From NCBI RefSeq assembly GCF_963921235.1, contig NC_086097.1, positions 228,844,001 to 228,908,000 of the forward strand: a stretch of 64,000 nucleotides of DNA, read 5' to 3'. The translations under genes were made by a program, and so were the position numbers. Source of the stretch: Mobula hypostoma (lineage: Eukaryota). Each line of letters starts with the position of its first letter. Within the stretch, counting starts at the first letter, position 1. A model generated the notes under the pieces. That model did not search any database, was not told the DNA's origin, and saw only the letters and a list, made by a program, of their open reading frames with translations. Shown here piece after piece: positions 22,561 through 35,419 of the stretch.

Positions 22561-23250
22561 AATCAGAATCAGAATCTGAAATGGATTTAATGTCACCGAC
22601 ATGTTGTTAACTTTATGGCAACAGTACAATTAAGTACGAGATAAATAAATAGAGAGAAAAAAAATGAATTACAGTTAGTATATATGGCTATTAAACAGAT
22701 AAGTTAAAAAAGTAGTGCGAAAAAACAGAAATTTTAAAAAGTAGTGAGGTGGAGTCTATGGGTTCAATGTCCATTAAGAACTTGGATGGCAGAGGGGAAG
22801 AAGCTGTTCCTGAATTACTGAGTGTGTGCCTTCAGGCTTCTGTAGCTCCTTCCCAACAGTAGCAACAAGAGGGCATGTCCTGGGTGGTGGCAGTCCTTAA
22901 TGATGGACGCTGCCTTCCTAAGGCACCACTCCTTGAAGATGCCTTGGATACTACAGAGGCTGGTACCCACGATGGATCTAATTTTACAAGTTTCTGCAAC
23001 TTACTTCAATCTTGTGCAGTAGCCCCCCCCCATACCAGATAGTGATGCAGCCAGTCAGAATGCTCTCCACAGTACATTTGTATAAGTTTTCAAGTGTTTT
23101 AGTTGACAAACCAAATCTACTCAGATTCCTAATGAAATATCGCCGCTGTCTTGCATTCTTTATAGCTGCATCGATATATTGTGTCCAGGTTAGGTCCTCA
23201 GAGATATTGACACCCATGAACTTGAAATTGCTCACTCTTTCTACCTCTGA
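22561..23250 (-). mobile_element. Rex1/Babar-type LINE 3' fragment
   Basis: ORF 22984-23295(-) EVERVSNFKFMGVNISEDLTW...ARQRRYFIRNL..VESILTGCITIWYG. (AATCAG)n tail at 22561. Confidence 0.88.
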
Positions 23251-24042
23251 TAGCATGGGCATTGCCAAGGCAGGTGTCCAACGGTGGTGATGCACCTAAT
23301 CCTCCTTCCTAACTCCCACATCTTCAGCATGCTGTTATCTCTTCTGATTTGCATCACACTATGTGAAAACATATCAGTCTTTCAGCCCCTCCCACCCCTT
23401 CCTCAACTCTACCCTTCCCTGGCCTACTCCCATAAGTTTATCCTTTCAGGTATCCAAGGTCTAACATCCATCCAAACAATAGAAGGACAGCAAGAATGCA
23501 ATGAAGATGGAGACCCTTCATCATGCGATTTCTTGTGTACAAACCCACCTGCTCACATAAGGATCATGTACATAATGTGAGAGAGAGCATAAAGACAGAT
23601 CTGTATGGTGAGTCACAGGGCAAGGATGGCCCACAGCCTGAAGAATGGCAAAGAATTGGGAAGATTGACCACTCAGCATAAGATGAGGTTAACTAAGCTG
23701 AGTTTGCACATGTAGAGTTCTGAGTTTTAACAGCATAGATCACAGAAGGCACTGTATAATCGAATGCCAATGCACTGACATGACTCCCAAGGCTTGTGTT
23801 CAATGGTAGGGAGTCTGGCTCCAATTTGGCACAAGGTTTGGCACAGAGCTTGGCAGCTTCCTGTTCTATAATAGAAATGGTGAGCAACTATGTTCATACA
23901 CATATGGAGCCATCAACATACCTGAATCAAATAGCTGATGTCGATACCAATGAAGCACAAGCAATGTTGAAGTACAGGGTCTCTATGCTCTCCAGTAGTC
24001 TACAACCAGAAATGGCAGCATCTATAGAAGGAAGTGGACAGG

Positions 24043-24445
24043 TCCAGTTTCAGATACATTTCTTTATCACAAGTGTGTCAGAGCCATATAGTGAGACACA
24101 TCTTTTGTGTTAACAACCGATCCAACATCAGGATGTGCTGAGGGCAGCCTGCAAGTGTTGCCACATATTCTGGCACCAACGTAACATGCCAACAATATTC
24201 GGAACAACAAAAAGCAGCGGCAAAATAAGCTCCTTTCCTTTTTTCTCTTTCTCTCTCTCACTCTCGTTCTCTCACTCTCTCACACACTCACACACTCTCT
24301 CTCTCACTCTCACACTCACACACACAGAGATAGACCTCCAACCCCAGGACAGGCCTTCGGGCCTCCAGCCTCCAGTGGACGCGTGGACTCACAGACTGCG
24401 GGCCTTCGACCTCATCTGTGGACTCTCAGACACAGGGCTTCAGCT
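24043..24445 (-). mobile_element. Retroposon fragment related to 4355-4957, containing a compound (CT)n/(CA)n microsatellite at about 24240-24326
   Basis: Shared block GCAGCCTGCAAGTGTTGCCACA..CCAACGTAACATGCC, and CTCTCTCA/CACACTCA repeats. Confidence 0.6.
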
Positions 24446-24640
24446 AGTTTGACAGTCGAAGTTTCAGGTCGAGACCCTTCATCTGGACTGAAAGTAGAGA
24501 GGTGATAGACAGTATAAAAAGGTGGGGAGGGGGGTAATGAATGATAAAACAAGAGCTGGCAGGCAATGTGTAGATCAAGGTGAGTGGGGTGGTTGATAGG
24601 CAGATGGAGGAGTGGAGAACGGGAATTACATCAGTGATCC
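24446..24640 (-). mobile_element. Penelope-like terminal fragment with hammerhead-like motif
   Basis: The reverse strand reads AGTC-CAGATGA-AGGGTCTCGACCT-GAAACTTC-GACT (24454-24489). A purine-rich segment follows, like 43540-43700. Confidence 0.7.
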
Positions 24641-25010
24641 AGGAGCTCCTCAAGCATTTTCTGTGTACTACCAATAAGTAAATGGCTTTGTAGGAGGCAG
24701 TGCTCTGGGGGGGGGGGGTAATAGCAATGAATAGCAGAGCATGAACCTGGCCTTCACCCTCAGGAAGACAGCATCCATTCCCCCAACCCTTCCGCTCCGC
24801 TGGTGCCCCCGCTGCCGACTGGGTTGGATCCTTGTGACCCATGTTGAGAAGGTGCATTCAGGACCAGGGCTGCCAAAGATCCTCCTCCAGGACCATCATC
24901 AGAGAGCAGATCCACTGAACTTTACAACCTTCTAGCAAAATGCTGCAGCCACCTGGGTGGCACTTCTCATGGAGCTAGGGCAAGCAGAGACTCACGGGAG
25001 GCAGACGGTA

Positions 25011-25882
25011 ATTCAAGATTCAAAGTACATTTATTATCAAAGTTTGTTTGCACCATGCAACCCTGAAATTCATCTTCCTCACAGGCAGCCACAAAACATG
25101 GAATCGACCTGTTCACAGATAAACATCAAGTCCCCCTCCCCCCACGTGCAAACGGCAACAAAAAAAGAGCAAAAACACAGAATGTAAAACACAAAATCAA
25201 TAGGCAGATTTCAGTTCAGCTCAGTGTTCATTATCTGCAGGCCGCCCTGGTTCAAAAGTCACCCAAAAGTAGCAGTGAGAAAAATGGAGTGACCGGAACT
25301 AGGACATGTCATAAACCTGAATTAGAGCCCGCAATCTACAAACTGTGTCGATTAAACCTTGCTCCAGCACCATCCTCTGACTGCGTCAAGGAAGAGAGAG
25401 ATTGCTCGAAGGCAAGGACCTTCCCTCAAGACCTCAAGAGCAGCGAGCGAGGGGGGGGGTGGAGAGAGAGACCATCACGCACACGCAGACACCCTCCTCC
25501 GGCAGCAGCAAGCAAGAGGCTGGGAGACGGCGCTGAATACTCGCTTGCCCTCCGTGCACGCCTCAGCGGTTTCAATCTTCCTGGGCGGTTTGATTAGCGA
25601 GGGATGGAGTCGATCACGGGCTCGCGCTCCTTCTCCTGGCCTCAACGCCGCACACTTTGCCCGCAGCCCCATGGAGCCCTCTCGAAAACAGCAGGCGTCA
25701 GTTCGCCTGGTTGGCCCGAAAATACATCGCCAGACCGTAGATATCAGGCTCCAACCGTAGCAGAACCACATCGGAAATAATAAGAAGGCGCAAAAGAAGT
25801 AAGAGGAGTTGCTTTGAGAACTGTGGATGCTTTGAGGATGGGGCTTTTGGTAGCATTGCTTACTGGCGCCATCTTCTTCCAG
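25011..25882 (-). mobile_element. CpG-rich non-autonomous retroposon, apparently full length
   Basis: The minus strand begins GAAGAAGATGGCGCC (25865-25879) and ends AATAAATGTACTTTGAATCTTGAAT, a LINE-type microsatellite tail. CpG-dense 25330-25800. Confidence 0.6.
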
Positions 25883-26181
25883 ATGAGTAATTTATTTGTA
25901 TTTCTATGTCAGTTGACCTGCCTTATATTTATAAACACAGTTTGCACTGCTTGTTATGTAATACCCTGGCCATCCAGCTGATGGGTTACCCAGCGACAGA
26001 GGGGAGTTGAGCCTGCTGGTCGACAGAGAATCGGATTGTGGTTTCAAGCATCTGACTTGGTGTGCTTGTCACAGGCAGCCAAGGCAGAATTAGTTTCCTC
26101 CTTCTCTTGCTCACTCGTGATCCAGTGGTTGTGCAGCACATTACCACCGACCCCAATACCCCCTCTGCTTCGCGGTGGTCA

Positions 26182-27270
26182 CAGAACGTAGACAAGTACA
26201 GCACAGTACAGACCCTTCGGCTCATGGTGCTGTGGCAACCTCTTAACCTGCTCCAAGATCGATTTAACTCTTCCCTCCCGCACAGCCCTCCATTTTTCTA
26301 CCATCCATCTGCCTATCTAAGATTCTCTTAAGTGTCCCTAATGTATCTGCCTCTACCACCACCCCAGGTAGTGTGACCCATACACTCACCACTTTCTGAG
26401 TAATAAAACCTATCTCTGACATTCCCTCTTTACCTTCCTTCAATCACCATAGAATGATGCGCTTTCATTTTAGCCATTTCTGCCCTGAGGATAAAGCACG
26501 CTATCCATGTCTCTAGTCATCTTATATACTGTATAGAATTGCCTCTCATCCACCTTTGCCCCAGCGAGAAATGCCCTGGCTCACTCAACCTTTGCTTATA
26601 AAGCATTATCTCTGATACTGAGTACAGAGTTATGCCAAGATTAGAGGCATTGATGGAGGATGGAGATAGCTAATATGGAAGGGCATCATTTTAATATGAT
26701 AGGTAAATCATCTCTGCACCCTCCTTAAACTTCCACATCCTTCCAATAATGAGGCAACAAGAACTCAACACAATATTCCAAGCGTGGTCTAACCAGGGTT
26801 TTATAGAGCTGTAGCATTACCTCAGAGCTCTTGAACTCAATCCTCCAACTAATGAAGGCCACCACACCACATGCGTCTTAACCCCCTATCAGCTTGCACG
26901 GCATTTTGGGATCTATGGATGTGGACCCCAAGGTCTCTCTGTTCCTCCACACTGCTAAAAATCCTGCCATTAATCCCATTAACCCTATACTCTGCCTTCT
27001 AGTTTGACCTTACAAAGTGTATCACTTCATACTTTTCCAAATTGAACTCCATCTGCCACTTCTCAGCACTAATCTGCATCCTGTCAATGTCCTGACATTG
27101 TTTTGGCTGATCATAGAGACCCCTTGGCCCAACAAATCCATTCCAACCAGAGTGCCCACCCAGCTGGTCCCAATTTGGCCCATATCATTCTAAGCCCATC
27201 CTCTCATGTACCTGTCCAAATGCTTCTTAAATGCTGTCTCCCTTGACCATTTTTTCCCAGCAGCTCATTC
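26182..27270 (-). mobile_element. CR1 3' fragments
   Basis: Begins with the CR1 tail (AGAACGTAGACAAGTACAGCACAG..CCCTTCGG). Continues with sequence similar to 38746-39560. Confidence 0.75.
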
Positions 27271-27897
27271 CGTCACAGTGGCAATGATTTCATCTATCAG
27301 TGTAATGTGGAAGCATGGCTTTTGCTGTGCTGTGGTGCAGAGAGTGTAGGTCGAGCACCAGAGGCAATGATCGTTCTAGCAGCCATTTTTTAGATAGTTG
27401 CTGTTTTCCCAAGTGGAGCAATCAATACAGTTTACCACAGAACAATGCCACATAACGCCTACTAGAGTTTTTGCCTCCAGTCTGCATGATTCTCGGTGCA
27501 AATTTCTCCATCTCCAGCCCTCTTTAGTATGATCACACTGACCATCGTGGCAGTACAAACCTTGCCTTGTCTGAAGATTGCATACATAGTTGCTGTAATT
27601 GGTAGATTTCAGTATCCTTGTCTGTTTCAGAGCACAGATATCTCACACAGTGAACTTTGTTGTGGAAGGAGAATTATTGTCTCAATACCCTGGATGGCCA
27701 CACCCCTCGCTAAGAAATTTGCTCCCCAGTGACTTCACCCAAATCTTCACCTGACATCAATTTGTCTTGCGTTGGAAATTTGTCCACTCATGATGAACCC
27801 CAAGGAGACTTATCATATCTAGGACCCACTGCTTTGTGCAAAAACCTTGAAGTCAACTGAAAGTCCTTCAGCATCTGCCACAACAGTCCCTTTAGAC

Positions 27898-27975
27898 CAG
27901 AGGTCCCCAACCTTTTTTATGCCAGAGTCTTATCATTAACCGATGCATCTGTGGACCCCAGGCTGGAAACCCTTG
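27898..27975. mobile_element. 78-bp hAT MITE
   Basis: Termini CAGAGGTCCCCAACC / GGCTGGAAACCCTTG. Perfect 8-bp TSD CTTTAGAC at 27890-27897 and 27976-27983. Confidence 0.85.
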
Positions 27976-30874
27976 CTTTAGACTTTTGCATCTTCCTAAC
28001 ACCAAACACCAGTAGAACCACCCCAACAACAAGAAGGAATGAAGAAAACACCCAACCCACAATTCAACAATCTCTTTAAGTAGCAGTACTGGGTGCGGTG
28101 TTCCTCCCTGAGTGTGCCCCCAGCCTTGGGAAGTTAAGAATGAGTGGTAGTTAGAGCTCTAACCTTTAGTTGACATCATGGAGTGCCAGGTCCACAATCC
28201 ACAGTGCCTGTGGCTTTGCAAGCCCTCTCCAACGCGCCATACGGCATAAATCACTCCACAAATGCTGTGTGCCATTTTGCATCTCTTATATACAGTATAT
28301 CTCTAACATAATATTGAAGCCAGTTTCCTGATGAGTTTGTCAATATTAAATGTCAAGCATTGTTGTAGGTAATTAGCAGTAATTCAAACTGATATAAAAC
28401 AAATCAAATTTTTTTTAATTTAACCTTGGATGGATAAGTAAAAATAGACCTTTGTCTTCATTTAAAAAGGAGCAACATCAATTTTCTGACATAAATCTAT
28501 TATTGTATATTGAATGTGTTATTTCATAATGACCTATACTGCTCTAGCCTTTGACAGGAGCTAAGACTGACTCATTATTCCAATTTCATTTCATTTGAAT
28601 TGTGGGAGAAATATTTCATATTGTACATAACCATCATCTTTTCAGACTGACATTTCAATCAGCGAGAAGTGTTTTTATAAAATTAGATGTTAGAGAACGT
28701 CAATCAGTGTGATGGAATTTGTGATCTTTTCAAAATCAGCGCACTGCTATGTAGGATGTAAGTCTGTAGCACCTAACTTGCGATACTTGCATGTCAAAAT
28801 ACTCCTTAAGACACTCAAATGAACAAAAATCAAACAAGTGTTTGCATGGGTCCTATTCATTGACAAATATCTTTCATTCTGTAGGTTAAAAATTCAATAC
28901 AACTTCTGCAAATTAACATAGATCATTTAAACGAACAGAATTTAGTTTACGAAATCTAATTTACTTAACAGAAGATAAATAATGTTGTATAAACTCATTG
29001 TAAAAACATTGTTAAGATCTTCCTTCCTTCGCCATCCTCTCAATTTTTAAAGAAAATCATCAGAAAGGCTATTCTTAAGAATGTAAGCAACCACCTTGCT
29101 CGTGAGCCTTATGAAATGGTGGCATGTTGTCAGTTCATGGAAGCTTTAGGTTGGATCAAACATTGGACCTTCGTAGTCTCCTTGCAGAATATAATGCCCT
29201 GCTTAAAATTAATAAATTGTGTTAAAAGCTCACTGCAGAATGCTCTATGCAAAAAGCACTACAAATGCTTTATTTGATTAATATTAGTTTTCCTTTTGCG
29301 AGCTATAAAATTATCAGGAATTATTTCACTACAGATATTGTTTCCTGAAGCATGATCCCTGCTGGCAGTTTGTTGAACTATATTCATCCACGCTGCCAAG
29401 TCTTCTACTCAGTCTTCTATATTTACAAACATTAATTACATGATGCCTTTGAAATGATCTGAAATACCTGCTAAGCACAGTAGTTCTCTGTTCACTACTG
29501 TTGACTGGAAGATGCATCAAACAAATTCTAAAATAATATTACTTTAAATAGATTTAAAACATCATATTAGTGAGTTGGTTTCAATTTTCCAATCTGTTCC
29601 TGCAATAGAGGGAATTTCTACAATCTTTATAACATTTCTTAGATCAATGATGTTTATGGACTATGTCAGATGTGTCCCGGCTGTTGAGTAACTGAGCTTA
29701 ATGTTCACTTTAAGTAGACAACTTTCTATTTAATTCATTGACTGTCATTTCCCTTCCTACTAGGTGGTTTTGGATTTTCATGATTCACAAATCAATGGGA
29801 AAATATTGTTCCTTTTGCAATTTTTTTTCTCTGATTGCGTAGCGTCAGAAATGGTGATGGTGCTCTATAAAATAGTAAGTGAGCGTGCTCAAATGTGGAA
29901 TATGACCAGAACATGGCAATCGTATCGATGCACAGACTCAGATGCAGTGGGAAAGATTGCTTTTCATCTCCTGCAGCTAAATATCAGTCAGTTGCTGGAA
30001 GAGACAGTGGTTGTTTGGCTGTTTGGATGGAGACCGTGGTTAGAGCTGTGTGAAGCGCTATAGGGAGCTTTCCGTTCAGCTTTTTCTTTCTCCTTGGACA
30101 TGGGATCCAAACTGGCAAAAAAAGAAAATAATGATGTAAGATATTTTTTAAACATTCAGAAGGAACTGGGGAGAAAGATACTCAATATTTGTGACGCTAG
30201 AACAGAGCCAAGGAAAAGATAACAAAGTCACACTTAATCATCTTTATTTAAATGTATTTTTTCCATTTCTTGATGGAGTCCCTGGTTAATGAAGATAATT
30301 TGATGATTGGTGTTAGTGAGCCAGACGTAGGTGAAGATTATTCCAATGTAGATCAACGCTGAGGCCCACAGAAAAGGACAAATGCCAAGTTAAGTTCTTC
30401 ACCTTGTGGGTAAAGAGTTGGCAACCGGAGGGGTTTATTAACTACGATGCTGATAGCCCATGCATCTGGACTCAAGTTATTCGAGGGTGTGACCCTTACT
30501 CTCAAAGAATCTGCTCCCATGCACATCAGCCATCAGTAATGTCAATTTTTCAATGATTTACCTACAATTGTAAAATTCAAATAAGCATTGCAAATAATAG
30601 AACTCCAATGTACTCTGCAGATCACAGGGGCAGAATTGAAACCGTTATCACTGATCATCAATCTTTCCTATTGGCCACTCACCCAGCTATGAAAGCCTCC
30701 CAATTAGCTCCTAATACAAAATCCAGTGAAGCATTCAAATAAAACCTTCTGAAATTCAAGATATCTAACACCCGTCTCATTACCATGAAATTTAAATAAT
30801 TGGACTGGCACTTTTTCCGCATGGATTATTTGTCATAAATTGTTGTCAAGTTTAAGTTGCTATCATCGAGCCAT

Positions 30875-31105
30875 AGATTCTCAGAACACTACAGCACAGA
30901 AACAGGCCCTTTGGCCCATCTAGTCCATGCCAAATTATCACTCTGTCTAGTCCCATTGACCTGCACTCGGACCATAGCCCAACATACCTTTCCCATTCAT
31001 GTAGTTATCCAAATTTCCCTTAAATGTTGAAACTGAACCTGCATCCACTGCTTCCACTGGCAGCTCGTTCCACACTCTCACCAGCCTCTGAGTGAACTGC
31101 ATCTT
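30875..31105 (-). mobile_element. CR1 3' end fragment
   Basis: ACTACAGCACAGAAACAGGCCCTTTGGCCCA...GGCAGCTCGTTCCACACTCTCACC. Confidence 0.7.
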
Positions 31106-31276
31106 TTACTCTCATTAAATGCATTCATAAACAATAGGGGAACAAAACACAGTAGGGTGAATGGGAGCCAATTAGGAGAAACAGAACCAAGGAGAAGAAC
31201 AGAAGGATTGAAAGAAGAGAGAGAAAGGAAGATCTTCGCAAAACCAGAAATAAATGATATGGGGAGCTCACAAACA

Positions 31277-31373
31277 TGTCCTGCCGAAGGGTTTTGGCCC
31301 GAAACGTCGACAGTTCACTTTTCCATAAATGCTGCCGGGCCTGCTGTGCTCCTCCAGCATACTGTGTGTGTTG
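31277..31373 (+). mobile_element. Penelope-like terminal fragment with the best-preserved minimal hammerhead motif
   Basis: TGTC-CTGCCGA-A-GGGT-TTTG-GCCC-GAAACGTC-GACA (31277-31312), then ATGCTGCCGGGCCTGCTG..CTCCAGCAT..GTGTGTGTTG. Confidence 0.8.
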
Positions 31374-34300
31374 ATATAGAGAGCTCTGCAATTCCTCACC
31401 ACAAATCGTTACAGAACTTGCACAACAGTAAAGGCACTGACATTAAACGCATCCCAAGCAATCCTGTGACATTATCAGACAACTGCGGCAAGCCATGTAA
31501 GCAGGCAAAGCAATTCCATTTGTAAACTTATGTAAGTCAAAGTGAGCCCCATATTACACTAGTTCATGTGCGATTAAGTGTTAACACCACTATATAGAGT
31601 AAGCCTCCTTCAATAAAGGATCATTTTACATGCACTTCAAATAATTATGAAGCAGCAGGTAATATATTGTGATAATTATAAGACTACTAATCATATAATA
31701 CAAAATTCTAAATGTGCCAGCCTTTCAGTCTATTCAGAGTTTCAAACCTCTGAGGTCTCTTCATGGGTGATTAAAATAGCTTTCAGAAACCGTTACGGGG
31801 ATTTTCTGAACTATAAAGCATAAGATGTCAATGCAATATTTAAGTAACAGCTACATCTAATTGGCATGTGTTTTAGTAGTTTAGCACTCATTCTTTTCTA
31901 GAATGGAATGCATTTTTATCTCTTATTAGACTGCGGAATTAAATCACACAGATTATACTACTGGGAAAACCTAACTTTGATAAATAAATCTACCCCTCCC
32001 ACAAAACAGCAGAAAACGGAATATTTCTTTAATATTTAATTTACAGCTCAGTTTCACTGCATGAGGTAGAAACGTCTGCTTCCTGAAATTCACTGAGAGG
32101 TGAAGAGCAGTTTAATGAATATAGTGAACCGAAACCTCAGGACAGCCTCTTTTGGACAGGGTATATATACGTCGATTAGCTTTATAATATTAGCAAACTT
32201 GATGTTCATGTTGACTATACAATAATGTGGCATTCTAATAACTTGCATCCTTCTTTCTCTTTATCTATTCGTTTTCTGTTAGCTATAATGAAATTAAATT
32301 ACTAGATGCCAAAATTGCAATTGTTTCCTGCTCAATCAATTTCTGGCATAACCCTGAAAACAAGCCCAGCACTGAATATCAAAGCAAGAATCCCTTCTGT
32401 GCATGGAATGATAATTATCAAAAATTATGGGTGAAAATGCTAAACAAATTATTTTGGGTTTGACTGATGTTGCATTATTGAAAAATGAAGTTCAACTACT
32501 CGAACCCTGAAACTCATATGCATTTTTAATATCTGAAACATGGTGATCAGCAAACTCTACCTGTGCGTTGAATTTTGCGGGAAAGGCTGCTGAAATCACT
32601 GTATCATTCTTCACATAGAGGTACACAGGATACCTAACACACTTGACAATTCCAGGACTCAGAAAGAAGCTATTCCAATGGTATTTCAGCAGACATTGAT
32701 CTTGACAAACTGAATTTTTGACCAAAAAATAAACATTGTACTGGTTTATTGAGTTAAAAATGGCAGAAACTAGCCATGCAAAAAAAAGCCATAGACACTA
32801 CAGCACAGAAATTCTGCTTGTCTCAAATGACATATTACGCAGGGGATGTGAAAGGTGAGGAGAGGAGGGGATAGTGCACGTTCTCTGTGTGCAGATCTCC
32901 TGCTGCAATCCACTTTCCACTCCCAATCGTTTTGTGCCCTTGAGGTGCCAAGCTTACCAGGTATTTTAGAAATATCTATGCAAAAAGGTATGGTGTGTTT
33001 TGAACTTAAGTCACGTCAGATTTAATACAGATTTGCAACTAAGCAAGATCTGATGCAATATTGACTGCCAATAAATTTTACCACATAACCAAACTGAAAA
33101 TACAGATTCTTTTAATGTAACAAAGTCCTATTAATTTTGTTGTGCATTATCCATTAGGCATCCAATCCCCTCCAGACCTTTAGTGTTCTATGTCACTTTG
33201 TTGACATAGATTGTGACTACAAAAAAGCCTCCTCAGAATCTAAATCAGCAGATGAGAAGTGCCAAGTGTTGCCCTTTGCTGAACTTATACTGTGGTTTCG
33301 GAGGAACAAATTGTTCAGGACTCGGGTGAACTAGTGAACAAGACTCTGGCATTCACTTAGTGCAGGCAACCAAAGCTGAAGGTCTCTTCCATATATCAGC
33401 AATCATGTCATTATTTTTGTTGGGACTTGTGCTGGCAGCTCGTTCCACATTCTCACAGCCCTCAGAGTGAAGACGTTTCTCAAGTTCCCCTTCAACTTTT
33501 CAACTTAGGCAGCATCTGTAATAAGGCGTGAAGGCTTAAATTTTTCAGGTGGATGCCTTGGCAATTTGACAAACTGATTTATTATTGTAGCGAGGGAGAG
33601 TTTTGTATGCCAGCCACACAGATCATTTCAACACATCAGTGCAGTGAGATAGCACAAGGGAAAAGCAAAGATAGATTGCAGTACATAGTGTTACAGTCAC
33701 AGAGCAAGTGCAGTGCTGGCAGACAATAAGGTGCAAGGCCATGACAAGGTCAGAAGATTGCCAGACCTGTAAGTAGATTCAAGAGAAGATTTTTCATACG
33801 TCATAAATAAATGGGATTAAATTTAAGAGCAGAAAAACTACAATAGAATTGATGAGTAGATCTGCAAAGACCATCTTACAGCAAGTTGGCATGCTCTGCC
33901 ACCATCTCGTTAAGAATTGACTTTTCATCCAAAGACAGATTTCACTATGAATTTATAAGACTATTTACTCACATATACACTATATTAAAGGATATGGGGG
34001 AACCTGGAATCAGAATAATTTCCAGATATAAAAGTACAATTCTTGTCCATGGAAGTGAATTTCTCACCTGTTAAAGGTGGGTAGTGCCTTCACCCCAGCT
34101 CCTGAAATTTAGCAATATGGGTCTTCAGATCTCCTGCCACTTAAACGCCGTATTTTCTTGTGAGCATGAAGTCACATGTATTAACATTTCAGTCAAGTGG
34201 TGAGAAGACCAAGCCTGCTCTGGAGTTGCACTACCAGTGTCTGACAGCAGGATGTGCTGTTGCCCGGGAGAGAATACAAAGTAAGCCCATGACAAGTGAG

Positions 34301-34514
34301 GGAAATAGGAAACTTATTTACTGCAAGGATCAGGTTGTCACAATGGCCCTCTCTCTTCATATTACATCTTGCATTATTCTGCGATATTATTCATCATAAA
34401 CTAGAAGATCAGATTGCATTGCACTACTCTGCCTAAATATTATTAAATAAACATAAGCATGGAAGATTAGTTGTTTTCCTCAGCCCAGCAACTACCCACT
34501 TCTAAACAAAATAT

Positions 34515-34900
34515 ACAGAGAACGTAGTACAGGCCCTGCTGCCTACGATGTTGTGCCAAGCTTTTAACCCTCCCACATCTTTCTGTCATCCATGTGTCTA
34601 TCTAAGACTCTCTACCACCACCGCGGTAGTGCATTTTACAAATCTCTGTGTAAAATAAAACATTGCACCCTATACTTTCCTCCAATCACCTTAAAATTAT
34701 GTCCCCTGGTATTAGCCATTTCCGCCCTGGAGATAAAGTCTCTGACTACCCACCCGATCTATGCCTTGTATCATCTTGAACAACTCAGTCAAGTCACCTC
34801 TCATCCTCCTTTGTTCCAAAGAGAAAAGCCCTAGCTCTATCAACCTATCTAGTCCAGGCAGCATCCTGGTAAATCTCCTCTGCGCCCTCTCTACACTTCT
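34515..34900 (-). mobile_element. Deleted CR1 3' fragment
   Basis: Similar to 38746-39200 (CAAGTCACCTCTCATCCTCC..CCAAAGAGAAAAG; CCAGGCAGCATCCTGGTAAATCTCCTCTGC). Confidence 0.7.
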
Positions 34901-35057
34901 AACCAGTCAGTTTCCAGCTTGTTCTTGCAGCTGTGGTCAGTTCTGTCCTGTGTAATTCTAGTTTGATCTGTTCTTTCTCAGGGATTAATATTGATCGTTA
35001 TAACAAAGTGTAAGGAAACTAACAGAAGCTATGACAATGTGTTTTATTTTATTTCAG

Positions 35058-35153
35058 CCTACAAGGAGAAAATGAAGGAGCTCTCAATGCTCTCTCTGAT
35101 ATGTTCCTGCTTCTATCCTGAACCACATGCTGCCACATTCTACAACTATGATG
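35058..35153 (+). CDS. STMN2: Stathmin-2 coding exon 2 (membrane-targeting domain with palmitoylation Cys22/Cys24)
   Basis: ttttatttcag|CC TAC AAG GAG...TAT GAT G|gtgagt, 96 nt. Encodes AYKEKMKELSMLSLICSCFYPEPHAATFYNYD. Confidence 0.96.
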
Positions 35154-35419
35154 GTGAGTCCAATCCTGTCTGAATGAACCACAATCGGGATTTATTTAAT
35201 GTCGGACTTTCCCATTACAATCATAAATGATTCCTCCCAGTGCATTTCAACTATTTAGTGCCATTTGTAATGCAGCCATTTGGGACAGTATTCTGCAAAT
35301 TATTTTGCTCTCAAGAAATAGACAATCAGTAAAGAAAGCAACAGTCTAAAATTAGTGCAACCACATTTCCATGGCATTATTTTTCTGTGTTATTAATCAT
35401 AAACTGGAAACTTTGCTTC

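Noticed and set aside
25289..25771. Overlapping GC-rich ORFs as a coding exon or CpG-island gene
   Set aside because: No recognisable protein similarity, and they lie within a retroposon-like unit. Long open frames are expected at this GC content.
29864..29875. MEF2 site CTATAAAATAG
   Set aside because: One base too long for the YTA(A/T)4TAR consensus.
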